Assembly (NCBI GenBank): GCA_903813345.2
Contig: CAIIXF020000001.1
Location: 17,298,001 to 17,362,000, forward strand
Direction of reading: 5' to 3'
DNA length: 64,000 bases
Source: Owenia fusiformis
Lineage: Eukaryota
Positions 23,901 to 38,900 of the stretch are shown in pieces. The notes below the pieces were generated by a model. It worked only from the letters and a program-made list of their open reading frames with translations, did no database searches and had not been told where the DNA came from. Within the stretch, counting starts at the first letter, position 1. Each line of letters begins with the position of its first letter. The position numbers and the translations under genes were made by a program.

Positions 23901-26900
23901 TCCAATTCACTAATGGAAACAATGGACATTTTCAGTTCTCAAATGGATATGTTTACTTCTGTGAAGGAATCAATGTCATTGGAGGGTGTATCAATGGAAA
24001 TGTCTGCTTCGAACATGGCATCTATGGATATTTTCAATTCCGAAATGGAATCTATGGATATTTCCAGTTCGCAATCGGATGAAATAATGATTTCTCCAAC
24101 TAAATCAATGGACATGGCTAGTTCTGCTATGGAATCTACGGATATTTCAGGTTCTCAAATTGAAATGTTTACTTCTGAAATGCAATCAGATGAAATAATA
24201 ATTTCTCCAACTGAATCGATGGATATGTTCAGTTCTGCAATGGAATCTATGGATATTTCCGGTTCTCAAATGGAAATGTTTAGTTCTGAAATCCAATCGG
24301 ATGAAATAATGATTTCTCCAACTAAACCAATGGACATGGCTAGTTCTGCAATGGAATCTATGAGTATTTCCAGTTCTCAAATGGAAATGTTTAGTTCTGA
24401 AATGGAATCGGATGAAATAAACATTTCTCCAACTGAATCAATGGATATGGCTAGTTCTGCAACGGAATCTATGAGTATTTCCAGTTCTCAAATGGAAATG
24501 TTTAGTTCTGAAATGCAATCGGATGAAATAAACATTTCTCCAACTGAATCAATGGATATGTCCAGTTCTGCAACGGAATCTATGGATATTTCCGGTTCTC
24601 AAATGGAAATGTTTAGTTCGAAAATGCAATCGGATGAAATAATGATTTCTCCAACTGCATCAATGGATATGTCCAGTTCTGCAACGGAATCTATGGATAT
24701 TTCCGGTTCTCAAAAGGAAATGTTTACTTCTGAAATACAATCGGATGAAATGATGATTTCTCCAACTAAATCCATGGACATGCCGAGTGATACAATGGAA
24801 TCCTTGGATATGTTTACCTCTACAGCCACAGATTCAATAGATATTTTTAGTTCTACAGTTGAATCTATGTTTGTTTCCAAAGTAAATACGGAGGACATAA
24901 GTACACCAACAGAAACAATGGATTTGTCTAGTTCAGAAGTGGATGTTTTTAGTTCTCAAGTCCAAAAACCTGCCTCGGCTTCCGATTCTGTAACACCAAG
25001 TATAGGAGCAAGCCCCTCAGAAATTGCCTCACTTCGTGATACTTCAAGTATAATGTCTATATCACCATCAAGTGTCGTGCCAAGTGTATCAGCAAGTGTC
25101 TTGCCCAGTGCAATTCCAACCACACCAAGTGTCCAGACAACAAAAAGCTACTCATCTTCTATACACGCAAACTACTTCACATTGCTGAAAGAGATAAAGG
25201 AATATCTTAAGACAAGTGATATGGCCGATGTTGAGGCATTTGTGTCTAATATTGTAAAGGACATTTGGGTCACACTTATCGGAGCTGATGGCTGGCTGGT
25301 GATCAATCTTGAGATAAAAGAAGCAATTACACAATATGGGTAAGATGCATTTTTTCTTGGTCTATTTTATTTTATTATATGAAATGGCGTTTTAAAAAAC
25401 TACCAAGTAGTCACAGAGAAAAAAACACTATGTTAATATTTCAATTACCATATTAAAGGACAGTCGCTGTGGCTACCACGAATCATAATGTATATTATAG
25501 ACGATATGAATGTATTATGTGGCATGTGTGATATGATTGTCTGTTATTTCAATGTACTGTCAATTCTGTTTAAGAATCGATGCTGTACAGATAAACTACG
25601 ATATTGAGTTAGTTGATGGCAGTGGCCTTAACATAGACACACTCCCAGAACCGGATATCACCAGAACCTTGGTTACTGATCTTACGACTGAAGTGATCAA
25701 CCTAGAAGTTATCAGCATAGATGATGAGTCAGTGTTGGTATTTATGATGGAGCACGCCTTTAGGTTAGATGTCACTGATATTGTACTTGATGTGAAAAGT
25801 CATATGAGCATAGCAGCGCAGATAAAACTTGTGTGGGAGACTATGGATAGTAGTAAGACTTTTATAACATTTTATTTTTGTAAAATAAACAGTCCTGTTG
25901 TATTTAAAGTACAAAATAAGAAGATGACTTTTTTGTTGGAAATGAATGCATTGCCTCGAATCATGTGCTACATATATTGACTGTGAGGCAAAATCATAAA
26001 ATAGCAATAAATGGTTTCCGAACAATATACCAACTCTCTTATGTCATATGTGAGACAATTTTTACTGCGTGTATGTTTTCTTTAAGGCTACTCAGCTGCC
26101 ACATTTACTGTTGCTACCATACCAGAATACATTGGTGATGATGGGTAAGTATTCTACTAAGTGCTGATACTAATTGCACATTAATATTTTGCATTAATGG
26201 AAATTCATACTCCTACTTCAAAACAATCTACCTCGACAAGTTTAGTGAATTATTTCAAATAATTTAAATTATGCATTTTAATATCCATTTGCATTCAGTA
26301 TTGAAGTCTGGGCAATACACTACTTTATCACGACTGCAAACGAGGTGCCCGTAGATCCATCAATGGTTGATCCTCCAGAGCCAAGTGATCTGGTAGCTAA
26401 GTTGTTAGAGTTACCTCAGTTCACTGGTCTCCAGCTTTACACTGGGGAGAGTGTCAGCTACCGATACAGTCAGTCCCTGCTGGTTGAAGGTGTGGTCTTT
26501 GATGAGGACGTAGACACAATTAAGACATCTCTGATGAACCTCTGGGAACTTGAAAATCCAGGTACATCTATTGGGAACCAGTATAGGCGGTGGGGTTCCT
26601 ATATAAAAGGGTTTGGTTGTTGATAGGCAAATTTCATATTCCAAAATGATCTTGAATCTTGTGAACATTGCATATCAGGAAAGTTGTCATTTCTCGTCAG
26701 TGTAAAATACTTTTGATGATATATCTGATGTTGATATTTTTGATTTGGACAAAGCTTTCGGTCCTAAAAATCGTGGATAGACTCATGCAGTAACTAGTGA
26801 AATGTTCCCCCATTATTCGCTAGATTGGTATTATACCCAAATTGATAGCTGGTAAGCACATCAAATGGAAACTAGTACATCAGATTGCATATTATATTTG

Positions 26901-29900
26901 TAGGCATGGCAATAGATGTTGACATAAAGCTGAGAGAGAAGGTTTTCTCCAAAAGGTAAGTAAATTATGACTAGACAGAGAAATTTTCCTATTTTCAAAA
27001 TGATTAATTCCAATAAAATGTATTCCATTGGAATTATACATTTTTAAAATTCATTACAGGACACAGCACACCATAATCATGTACAGTGTCAACGTTGAAG
27101 CTGTTATTGCTAACTCTTTTGAGACTAACATTGACTTTGCCAGCATAAGTCGTCCAAGTATTCTGAATGACATAGAGTGGCCAGACAGATATGATATTGT
27201 GGATATACAAGTAGTTGATGTGTATCGATACAAACATGCTACGAAGTTCTCCGTCGTTGGAAATATACTTGATTCGAGTATTGATAATTTACAGCAAGCG
27301 ATACGGACATCTTTAATAGCAGGTAATTCAATTTATTATTTTTTTAATCAAGAAGAATCCAAGATGTGTATGCTATGAACTCGTCAGAGTTATTATCATA
27401 AGTGAAACATAACAGAACACAGTTCAAAATATGTTCTCACTAGTAAGCTATTAGAGAAATATCGGTCCTTTAAAAAACGTCTGCGAGCTCAACTAGCCCT
27501 AAGGAAAACAAACTTTCAATGTTCAAAACGATGATCTAACAAACATCAAATAATGTCTACAAACCTCCTCCCCAACCATTTGCTATGATAATCGAAGATC
27601 ATAGAACATCTGATCAGGACATTGCAATCATATTACAGTCATAACAATACATCAACGTTGATATGCAATTGTTATTACAGAATATAAAGCCAGTGGTATA
27701 GATATTGGGGTTGGCTCCTCTCCAGGTGCAGTAGCAAACCAAACCAGCATTGACATAATGATCATCTCGATTGAACCAAGCATCGATGTATCTGGGTAAG
27801 TCGTCTATTTACAGATCACTAGCAGTATGCAGTATTCTTTAATTGCTGGTAGATCTCTAGGATGAATCAAAATACATGTCAACTTTAATCTAGTTGAAAA
27901 TTACCCTGATTTCACCAGTAATTTCAACAGTAAATTTTCCTCGAATCAATTGTGTTGCAGTTAATATAAGAGAGACTGGGTGAAATAAATTGGGTGTATA
28001 ATTCATATGTCAATAAACATACTGTCATACAGTGTATATGTTTATTTTGCGTTCAACTATAAAGAACTGATCAAATACTCTTTCAGGAATTTTGTCACTA
28101 AAATTTCTTATGTGATGACATACATGAATACAGTGTCGGACAGTCGGTCGGTTGGGCATTCAGCTTTAAGTCAGGCATCTACCAGCAAGGCCTTCTGTGA
28201 CTCATCCAGACCCAACATAGCCCTATGTAATGTAATCGATGACAGTGTTACACCAGATGATGATATCTATGTATTGGATAACGTATTTAGCATAGATATT
28301 ACTGGAAATGTGTTTAAAGATGATTACATCAAGTTTGAGGAAGGAATAGCAGAGGCATATGCAACAAATCAAGGTAAACTATGTGAAAAAAGTGATTGAC
28401 ATTATCATTACATGTGAGGTTGAGTGTTCACATTGTTGATACTATCCCTTTAGCTTACTTTGAAAAGTAAATAAGCTTACGTTTTACTTTAGTGGAGAAA
28501 ATTGTTCTTATTTCAATATCAAACATAAGATACTGAACATGACCTATAAAATGTTAAACGTTTTTCTAGTTTTCACAGGAAAAAGCATTGACGTCAAAAT
28601 CCTAGGTGCGGATCTCCTCTTCACATCTTCAAGGTATATACACAATGAATAGGTGTATCAGTAGTATTTACAAGTGTTCATCCAAACCCATACCTTGGAA
28701 ACACAGTTGTGTTTCGAGGCAGGATATTTATATTGACTTTCTATACGATATTGCAAAAGTTAGATTTTTATATTGTCTAAATTCTAAAATAAGAACCCGT
28801 TATATGAATCTTGGGATAACATTATAACTTTACTTATTTACATCTGTTCAATGTACAATGCCTTTTAGTGATGTGTTGGAGACAACTAAACTTGTGTATA
28901 CGGTAGAAGCTGACGGAGTTTACCTTGATGCATCTACTTCAACAGCAGCAAATATAGATGTCACTAGTATCTCAAATGTACTTGGTATGCTCGAGTTCAC
29001 ATCTCAAAGGAAGTATACAATAGCAACTACAGATGTCACAACAAGGTCATTTAGAGAGGCATTGGATTTCTCAATTACCTCCCTAGTTTTGAAAGAGGAT
29101 CTTAACGATCTCAAAGAGCAGTTGAAGATTCTATGGGAGTCTAAAGGAGGTATGAAGGCAGAGATAACATATTTACTAAAGACATTTCTTTGTCATATTC
29201 TGTTTTCTTATTGGAACCTGTGTATTGATAATATTCTTTGTCATCAACACATTCTTGTACAAAAACATGCATATCAATAATGTTCCTTGGTCATTACGTT
29301 TTCTTTCAGTATGAAAACATGACAATGTTCCCTGTCATTAACACATTTCGTTGTATGAAAATATGCACATCAATAATGTTCCTTGGTCAAAAATACTTTC
29401 GTATGAAAACATGTATATTGAAAATGTTACTGAATGCATCATAATACGTACATACTCTGGATCAGAAGCAATACGAAGCTCTAGTATACAATGTACATGT
29501 ACATATATTCTTTATAATTTCAGTATCAGGCGTGACCATCACCATTGCTGATACATCTGACGCGTTGTATGAGGGGTGGGTAGATATTTGTTTCTTGTTT
29601 ATATGTTATGATACATTATTCGTGCACGGATTTTATTTGCAAATGGTATCACTGGCCTTCTTATTGATTAGATTTTGATTTAGCTTATTTATCGTCATCT
29701 AATGTATGAGTATTAGATGTGTGTGTTGTCATTGTCATACACATTTTCCATAATCATGCAATTTTCATATAAAAATGTCCTTGTTTATTTTCAGAAACTT
29801 CATCGTTGTATTACGCTACTTCATTGAGTCGTCTACGCCTCGTGACGTCATCGATAAATTCAGCGCACCTTTTGTTTCGTTTGAAGAGCTCAATCTCACC

Positions 29901-32900
29901 ATCTCTGAAACATATCAGCTGATCAATATAGAGGATGTGACAGAATTATACTTCATAGACAGCTTGTTTGATGTGACGTTTGAACAAATGGTGGCTGTAG
30001 TTGATTATCCTAAGATTACATCTTCACTTCAAAATATATGGACAGGTAGGATGTGTCTGTTTCTTTAAATATGTGTTCAATATTTTTAAAAACATTATTC
30101 ATATTACAACTGAACAAGAAATGTTAATTTTATATTAGTATATTGTTATGCAAATAATCATCTTTAAGTATCTTCTTGCTCATCAAACTTCACTTTTAAC
30201 TTTGAAATGGTATATCGCCTAACCCCTTACAATAATCCAGATGTATATATTTTGCAATACTACAAACTAAGTACATGTACGCAATATGATGCATCATTTG
30301 CTATTGTTGATATTGTATCATTTTGTCCCGGCAGATGTAACAGAAGCAAAGATTGAAATCCTGGCTCAAAGTGAGATGCTAACTAAATCAGGGTAAGTAT
30401 TTCAAATCATTGTTTTCATTTTGACTGCTCAAAATTCAAAACTAGATGTGTTACAATTCAGTTGATTTTCTAAAACATTTACCCAATGTATCGCCATTCA
30501 GTACAAATAGAACAATTAAACAACTATTTACAATTCATTTGCAATATATACTATATATATATTGTATAATATGAGCATAATTAATTTAATGATTAGTCCC
30601 ACCTGAAGTTATACGTTTTTCATAGCTCCATTTCTGTAAATATAAACGCTATATCTTACTATTATAACTATATTTTATCTTGGATTTTGTAGTGAATGGA
30701 AACACAAACTCTGGTATAAGGTGACCAATGAAGAATCTGGATTGTTATATGATGCCCGCGTGCAACTAGGCATCACATATACCAGTATTGCCTCAACGCT
30801 AGATGTCACAAGTGTTACAACCAAGACGTATACCACTGTAAACATAGACAAAGTAAGGAAATATGATTCTCGCTGGTATTCAAAACTTGCTTTTTTCAAA
30901 TAAATATATGGAATATGAAATACCTGCAATATCCCTTTTATTTTGTCTTCAAGTCAACTGGTGTCCGCTCTTTCATCTTTGTATGCGTGTCACATGATGT
31001 GCCCCTAAAATGAAAGGTCGTTTATTCGGTACACAAGTCCTGGGGGTAAAAGGTCAAGGTAACGGTAATGATAACCTAAATATTTTGCATGCGATTAAGA
31101 GTGATGCTTTTTTATTTTCCAGAAAGAGATGACTTTCAAGAAGAATTGTTTTAGCTTCAACCTTGATAAACCTGTCATGTTGAGTGATGTAGAGAACGTA
31201 AAGAAAGGAATAAAGGAAGCCTTTACAACAATATGTACGTATGCCTTATGAAGTTGAGGAAATACTTCAAGGAAGGCATATCGAAGCCAGGCACATTCTT
31301 CAAACATTGACTTGTTATGGCCATTACTTAAGAATTACTCGAGTAACATAGATGGCAAAAATGGCTCCACTTTTACAATTTTGTCATCAAGTGATTTTGG
31401 TTGAGTCATAAACATTGTTACGCTTTAACGATGATTAAGATAACCTTTTTAAATGGCCATCAAATTCAAAATGGCCTCACTGTGTATAGAAGTCTGATTC
31501 ATTTGTCGTCATTATTTGAACAAAGTACGTCGTATTGTTGGATAGTATGAATGATTCTTTTTGCCTTAATACATCTCATTTTTTCCAGTTTCGTTAACCC
31601 TTGAAGTTCACATAGGTGTGCGTATGCAGTTCAATACAAATAGGTGAGATTTTCATGTATGCACAAATGAAGTATACTACAAGATACTATAGATATACAT
31701 GTATATCTTATGTATGTAAGATGTACCAACTTGAAGGTATTTCCAATGGGATCTCGTTAGATCGACATGAAAATTGCAGTAGCTGTCTTGTCTATTTTCT
31801 TGCATTATCTAACTTAAGAAGACAATACTGCATTATCAAATGTTGTCTTATTTTAGCGATCGCCTCTATTCTGTGTGGTTTTTCTTGGAAAGTGATGATG
31901 GTATCATTCAGCCTACTACATTAGTAAGTTCTACCATAACAGCTATACAGAATGCAATCAACAAGCTGACTGTGACACAATACACGATCAAAAGCGCTGA
32001 GGAAGTAGACATACTGCCTGATATGCTGTTCAAACTCTATATGAAGACAGAAGTTAGGCAAAGTGATATAAGTGCTGTTATTGAGGCAACCAAAACCTCA
32101 TTCAGTGAGGCAAACCCTGGTAAGTTATAGTAACTGGCTGATAAGACGTTGTAAAGTTTGAATAGTTGCCTTTCTCTTGACTCCAACTGGATTCTCATTA
32201 GGATGTTAAGACATGTATTAGGCGCAATGTTTTTTCTTTCTTAGTGGAGGTTAATGCTGGGGTCATGTCAACAATCCCGAACGAGTGTTGTCGTTTTGTG
32301 ATTTAGTGCCTGGTTTTCAAAAAGTACGAGTGTCGAATATATTTCGATGCTCTGTTATGATTTGATATGATTTGATTTGATATGATTTGTTAATTATAAA
32401 GTATCCGTGTTATATGCATTTCAGACGTTGAGACTAGTACCCTGGAAGTAAAGATAGTTACTACAAAAGAAGTGGTCATAGACATTGATGATAGGTAACA
32501 AGAATACATTACAATTCTATAATTTACTATGTTTATACAAATCAAAATTAACTAACCACATTGATATATTTGCGAGTGACTTCCAAACATTGTATATCAA
32601 ATCTAGTTTACTATAATACCTATGAAGTTCAATTTATTGAATATGTCTTTGATTGTAGCTCAAAGGTGGTGTATGAGTATGCCATATTGATAACACGCGT
32701 GGACACCGGAGTTATAGATGCACGTAAAACAGAACCTCTAAAACTCCCCGAACTACCAGATGAGCTCAGTTATGAATTCATTTCTGTGGACGTAAACACT
32801 GTGATTATTGTACTGGAGGAAACTTTCTCCGTGGTCTTAGATTTGAAGATTCCTTTCTTCAGTATAGTATCAGTAGAAGAGAAGCTCACTAACATAATGA

Positions 32901-35900
32901 CCTCTACAACATCAAATATTGGAAGCCTACGGGTCAGCACTAAAATTGTCTTCCAAGAGGAGTATCTTACAATTAGTGGGTAAGATACGAATTTGTTATT
33001 CCCCTTTTATGTTGCCTTTCCAAGGTTCTATGCGTGGAACAATTTGTAAGGTTAACTGCGCAAAATCATATGCAGTCAAGCTCTCAGCTTCATGGAAATG
33101 CAAGTAGTTATTACATGTAATGACTGTATTTTAGGTTAAATAGTTGCCCTTAGGGAATCTAGGTATAGTCATATTCTACGATTATTTTTACAGGGACACA
33201 GTTGTTAAACTCCATTTCATGACTTACGACCGGTCTAAGAATACTACCATATTACCTTACACGGTGAACCCAATTGAGTTTACAGTTGTCGAGGAGGAGA
33301 TATCCAACCTCAACATTATATTGAAAGTTATCAAAGATATTTACGTGGTAGCCATTAGAAAGACAAGCACCATATATCTATCAAGAGCTATTATAGATGA
33401 AGACGTTGAAAAAGTGGAAACATCGATCAAAACAACTCTAAGTAAGTAATGTTGTAATAACATAGACTAGTAAACAAATGGAATGTTTTGTCCGAGCTTC
33501 ATGTTTTTTATTGTCTTGTCACATATATACCACTCTGTTAAAGTATAAGAATCGTATACCGGTATTACCGAGACACGCAACTGATGGCAGCCACTGCTTA
33601 CCATCCAAACGATCTCAAAAACACTTATTAAATGATCAGAAGTAACCATTTACACTAATTACTGATTCGATTCGAGGAGTCCTAAGTTCCTATTATTTGT
33701 TTTAGGTATAAGCGATGCAACAGTTTCTATCCTGTCTCAGCAATTGATGATCACATTGGAGGGGTGAGTACTTATTATTAAGTGCCGGGGTAAAGTCATA
33801 TGGGCGGGCGAATACATTTTGTACATTAAAATAATATGTAAAAAGGCAATTATCTACTTTAATTAACCATATGTGAAAAATTGTTTACATTGATATGAAA
33901 ATTTATTGAATTCAACTGTTGATGGAGTAACACGTCGAACCAGGATATGCCATAAAAAAACCCCCCAAGTATCCCGGATCTTGTGATATAGGTCAGCAGC
34001 TGAGCAAATTTAAAAAAATAAGTTTGTCCCCTAAGTTTCTCACTGGATTCATGTAGAGCAAGGTCTTGGGCTTATTTTGAGCTTGGGTTCTCTGTCCTAG
34101 CCCCGGCAACGAATGTGAAAACTGGTCCTATAGGTGGCGCCCCCTACAATTCACCCCCAAACTTAAAACTAATTATTATTTTCATAATTTAAACATAAAG
34201 ACATCTCAAATAGCTTAAATTGATCAATGGTACATTGAATTATGCATTAAAATTTTTTTCAATGTGTGAAAATCATGATTTATGGAGAAATAGTTGATTA
34301 ACCCCTTAAAACGCCCCTATTTTAAAGGGGGTACTTAAGTTAACTTCCGTAACTTTTGTGTTATTCAGGATTCTGGCTTAAAAATATTCCTGAATATGTA
34401 TAATTATGCTGTTGAGAGACTGCAGTAACCCTATGTTCATAGCTTTATCACTTTTTGAGAAAAAAAATAAAACGTATTTCCATATAATTTGGTTTCGTAT
34501 TATTTTCATCTATACTTTTTAATTTACTTTCCACACCTTATACCCATGCATAGTATTGATAGTTTTCTTTCATTTTAGACCAATATAGATGGCTGGAGTT
34601 CATAATAGTTCATAATAATAAATAATAAAAAAAATTTAAGCAGAAATAATTAATTTACCCCTTAAGATGCCCCCTATTTTAAAGAGTGTGTGTGGGAGAC
34701 TAAGGAAATATTTTTGAAATTCACATTCATTGAAAGCTTATGATGTTTGGCAATGGATGTTTTAATATGCTGATATTCATAATGGTGAGTTTAATATTAA
34801 TAGCAAATGTAAACCATCCAACATTTCTGAATAAAAGCAAAATTATAATTGATTTTACATCATGAGACAACCCCAAACCTGATATATCTCCTAGCGACCA
34901 TTAAGTCCATGTTTTCACCAAGATCCACAATCCAATAACTGAGTTTTAAATACTCTAGCATGCATTCCAAGAGGATGAACCAATGTATGGGCTTATATAA
35001 TTAAAGATTCAATCTCTCCTTGCAGGTAACTTACTAACATGTAAAGTAATTAAAACAATTACTACTTAAAGGAACATTCCTGGCCAAACCTTTTCTATCC
35101 TGATGTGATAGCTATAATCATATATATACTTTCCATATTTAGCAAAACATGGGGAAATGTTTTAATATAGTCAACATTGATAATTTAAAAATGTAGTGCT
35201 CATTTCCAGTAAGCTGCCATCTTTTAAGATTTTACTCAGGAAGTGATGTCATCGACTCTCAACTTTCATGACCTTGCATATAACAGTATAGGAAAATAGC
35301 TCAATATCACTTCTAGACGAGTGATCCTTACTTTATGCGCAAAAAATATGTTCAGAGCTTGTCAGCTTAGAATAAAAGAAGAGACTTTTAGAAGGATTAA
35401 ATCATAGACAAAATTGAAAAAGAATATTCAGCTGGTTTTGTAATTCTTAAAATAGCTCCTTATAGTGTTATATGCAAAGTTAAGAGTCGATGACATCACT
35501 TCCTAAGTGAAATATTAAAAGATGGCAGCCTACTGGAATTCGGCACTACATTTTCAAGTGATCAATATTGACCATATCAAAACATTTTACATATATGGTT
35601 ATAGCTACCATATTAGGAGAGAAATGGTCTGGCCAGGAATATTCCTTTAACATATAATGTTTTTTGGATTGTGCTGTTACAATGACTGAATTGTGCTGGC
35701 ACAATCACGTCAACACAATCAAGAGGTACATTTATTTCTCTTTGTTTGCTTCATCAAGTGATCTGAAAGATGAGAAGTAATAATATACATACAGGGTATT
35801 TCATATCTTTGCACCCCTCCCCCCCATAAACTCATACATCTAGCATTGCTACCCTATCATTTTATGTATCATATCGAAAGTTACATAGGATTGCAAAGTT

Positions 35901-38900
35901 TCAGAATCAAGGTGTATCGCTGAAAAAAGATACATTGTATCAAAGATTGTGGGTACGGGGTCATTTAGAGGGCATTTCCTGGTGATTTTTCGACTCAGGT
36001 CGGTGATCTGTGCACTTTTTCTCATATCCATTTTTAATGATAGAGGTCGCACCAGGGTCACTGGCCTCTCCATAAGCCACTGCAAGAATCCTATCTATAC
36101 ATCTTTGCGCATAACTGTCACACTCATGTGCACTGAACTCTGCCATGATGACAACTGTTTGAAATTTGCAATACAGAAACTCAATTTCCCCTTAAAAGTG
36201 CCTTCAAACTGACCAGAAATTCCCCTCGAATGACCCATACCCACATACTTTGATAAGGCATTTCTTTTTTCAGTGATACCGCTGGATTCTGAAACTTTGC
36301 AATCTTATGTAACTTTCCATAAGGAGCAAGATATATATAACATGATGGTGTGGCAATATGACATGTATGAGTTTATGGGGGATGTATACATATGAAACAC
36401 CCTGTATGCATTTATTAGTTAAAGTGTACAGATATAAATATTTCTCCATACAAAGAAAGATATTTACTGGTTGTGTTGAAGTGATTGTGCCAACAAAACC
36501 CAGTATATTGTGTCAGCACAATACAAAAATGATAAATAGATAGCTCCAATTAGCTCTTCTATAGCCTTTGGTGATTCCCTAAAATGCCATGGAGGTGCTT
36601 TAATAGCCCCCTTTTATTCCTTAATAGCTTTACTGATAACCAGTATGCCCTGGTTGTGCTTTAATAACCCCTATTGATTCCTTAGTAGCCCTTGGGGACT
36701 ACTTAGAATGCTTGGTGTTGTTTTAGTAATCCTGATTGGTTCTTTAATAGCTTTAGTAATGGCCTTAGTGATAAGATCACATGCCCTGGTTGTGCTTTAA
36801 TAACCCTTATTGGTTCATCAATAGTCTAGGAAATAACCCAGTATATCCTGGTTGTGCTTTAAACATATGGTTCCTAATAGACCTTTGTGATTCCTCTGTA
36901 TGCTTGGTTGTGCTTTGATTTCCCCCATTGGTTCATTAAATAGCCTTAGCAATTACCTACATGTAGTATGGCTGGTTGTGGTTTAATATCTCAAATTGGT
37001 TCCCTTTAAAGTGATAACCTAGTATGCCCTGATTGGCTCTGATTGAACTTGATACCCACAATTGGTTCCTTAATAACACTAAGTGATTCCTCAGTTTGCT
37101 TAGTGATGCTTTAATAATCCCTATTGGTTTCTAAATCTGCCCTAGTACTCCCTAATATGCCTTGCTGGTGCTTTGATAGCCACAATTGGTACTTTAATAT
37201 CCATTAGTGATTGCCAAAGATGCCCTTGTTGTGCTTTTGTCACCCACATTGGTTCCATGTAGCCTCTAGCGATTCCCTAGTATACCCAGGAAGTGTTTAA
37301 ATTCATAGCTCTTGGAGACCCCTAGTATGCCTTGTGGTGCTGCAGTATTCCTTCATGGTTTCCTAGATACCCTGATTGGTTCAATGGGCTTTCTCTTGAA
37401 AGCTCATGATGGTTCCAAGTAGGTCATCATGGTGTTCTGTTAGCCCCTAAAGAGCACTACAATGCATATTAGGAAGCACTAATGGGTATTTAGAAACTAA
37501 TTAAAGCTCTCTGGGTATACTAAGGAATTGATAAGGGATATAATGAAACACATATGAGGTATTATGGCACAACCAGTGCATATTATGATAGCACTAAGGC
37601 TATAAAATAACCAAAGAACCAAAAAAGGATATTAATTTAAAGCACTCTTTCAGTCTTTAGCTTACTAGGGGTTCAGTTAAGACTATTGAAAAACCAACTA
37701 GGGATATGGTATGTGTAATATTTTTGTATTGTGCTGACCTTATTGACAGGGTTGTGCTGGCACAATTCGTGCAACACAACCAATAAATACCTTTCTTTGT
37801 TTATGGAGAAATATTAATGCATGTACACTTTAACAAATATATATATTATTTCTCGTCTTCCTGACCAATAGATACAAAGATACAACATACGAAGAAAAAT
37901 ACTTTCTGCTGGTTGTGTTATGATGATTCTTCGAAAAAACATACATGCAGTATCACAGTGACATCAGATTAATAAGTTCATGCATTACTTACAACACTTT
38001 CTAAAAGCTTGATTAGATGGTAATTACAGTTACCACTTCCCTTGCACTTACAAAACATGCAACAATTAATTTTGTTCAGTTCACATAATCTGTTTTGTAC
38101 CACACTTACTATAATAAATTAGATGGAAGTAGAAATAATCTTGATTTGCGCCATTAAAAATTCAGTCAAAGTGATATCATATTTGAAATCTACATGTAAA
38201 ATTGCATCTAGGAATGTGTTTTTGCAACTTTGAAAATTTAATTTTCTTTGAAAATGCAATTTCTAGGTCGAAGAGATTCTCCATAGACCCCATGTTAATA
38301 AAATCACAAGAAGTGAAATATCTTTGCTTGTATTGGACAGATATAATTTTCTTTTACTGGGCATATTTTTTAATTTGTACTGTATATAACTGTCAGATAC
38401 ATAAGGTGATATGAAAATTGAAACACTAAAGCTGATGAATATTCAAGTTTAGGGGAACTTTCTAATACCCTGCCATGTTCGGCCCCGAATTAGCCTCCTG
38501 GCGGTGAAACTGGTAACTGCCTATTCGCATCTGGTGTATTACATTGTAAAATCAGATCATCAGGTGATATACAGAATATCCTTTGTATCAAGATCATTTT
38601 CAAGAACGAAGCCATATTTCAATGGGTCAAGCTGAGTATTTGATAAAGTCAGATACCGTTGTCATAAATGGCGGACATAACTGTCGCTTCAACTCTTTAA
38701 TCACTTGGTCCTCGTTTCTCATGGGATTTTATCATCACTAATTCTGTGCATGTATTAAGCTCATGTGATGATGTATTATATGAAATCCAAATTTCTATCA
38801 AATGGGGTCGTGAATCGCCACAATATATCGTCTTCGATATCGTCAATGACAACAGAATCTGAATTTGAGATAATTTACAAAGACAACAGCATATGGTAAA

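Noticed and set aside
24072-24810. Regularly spaced repeats as a CRISPR-like array
   Set aside because: Contiguous in-frame coding repeats with no unique spacers, inside a spliced eukaryotic gene.
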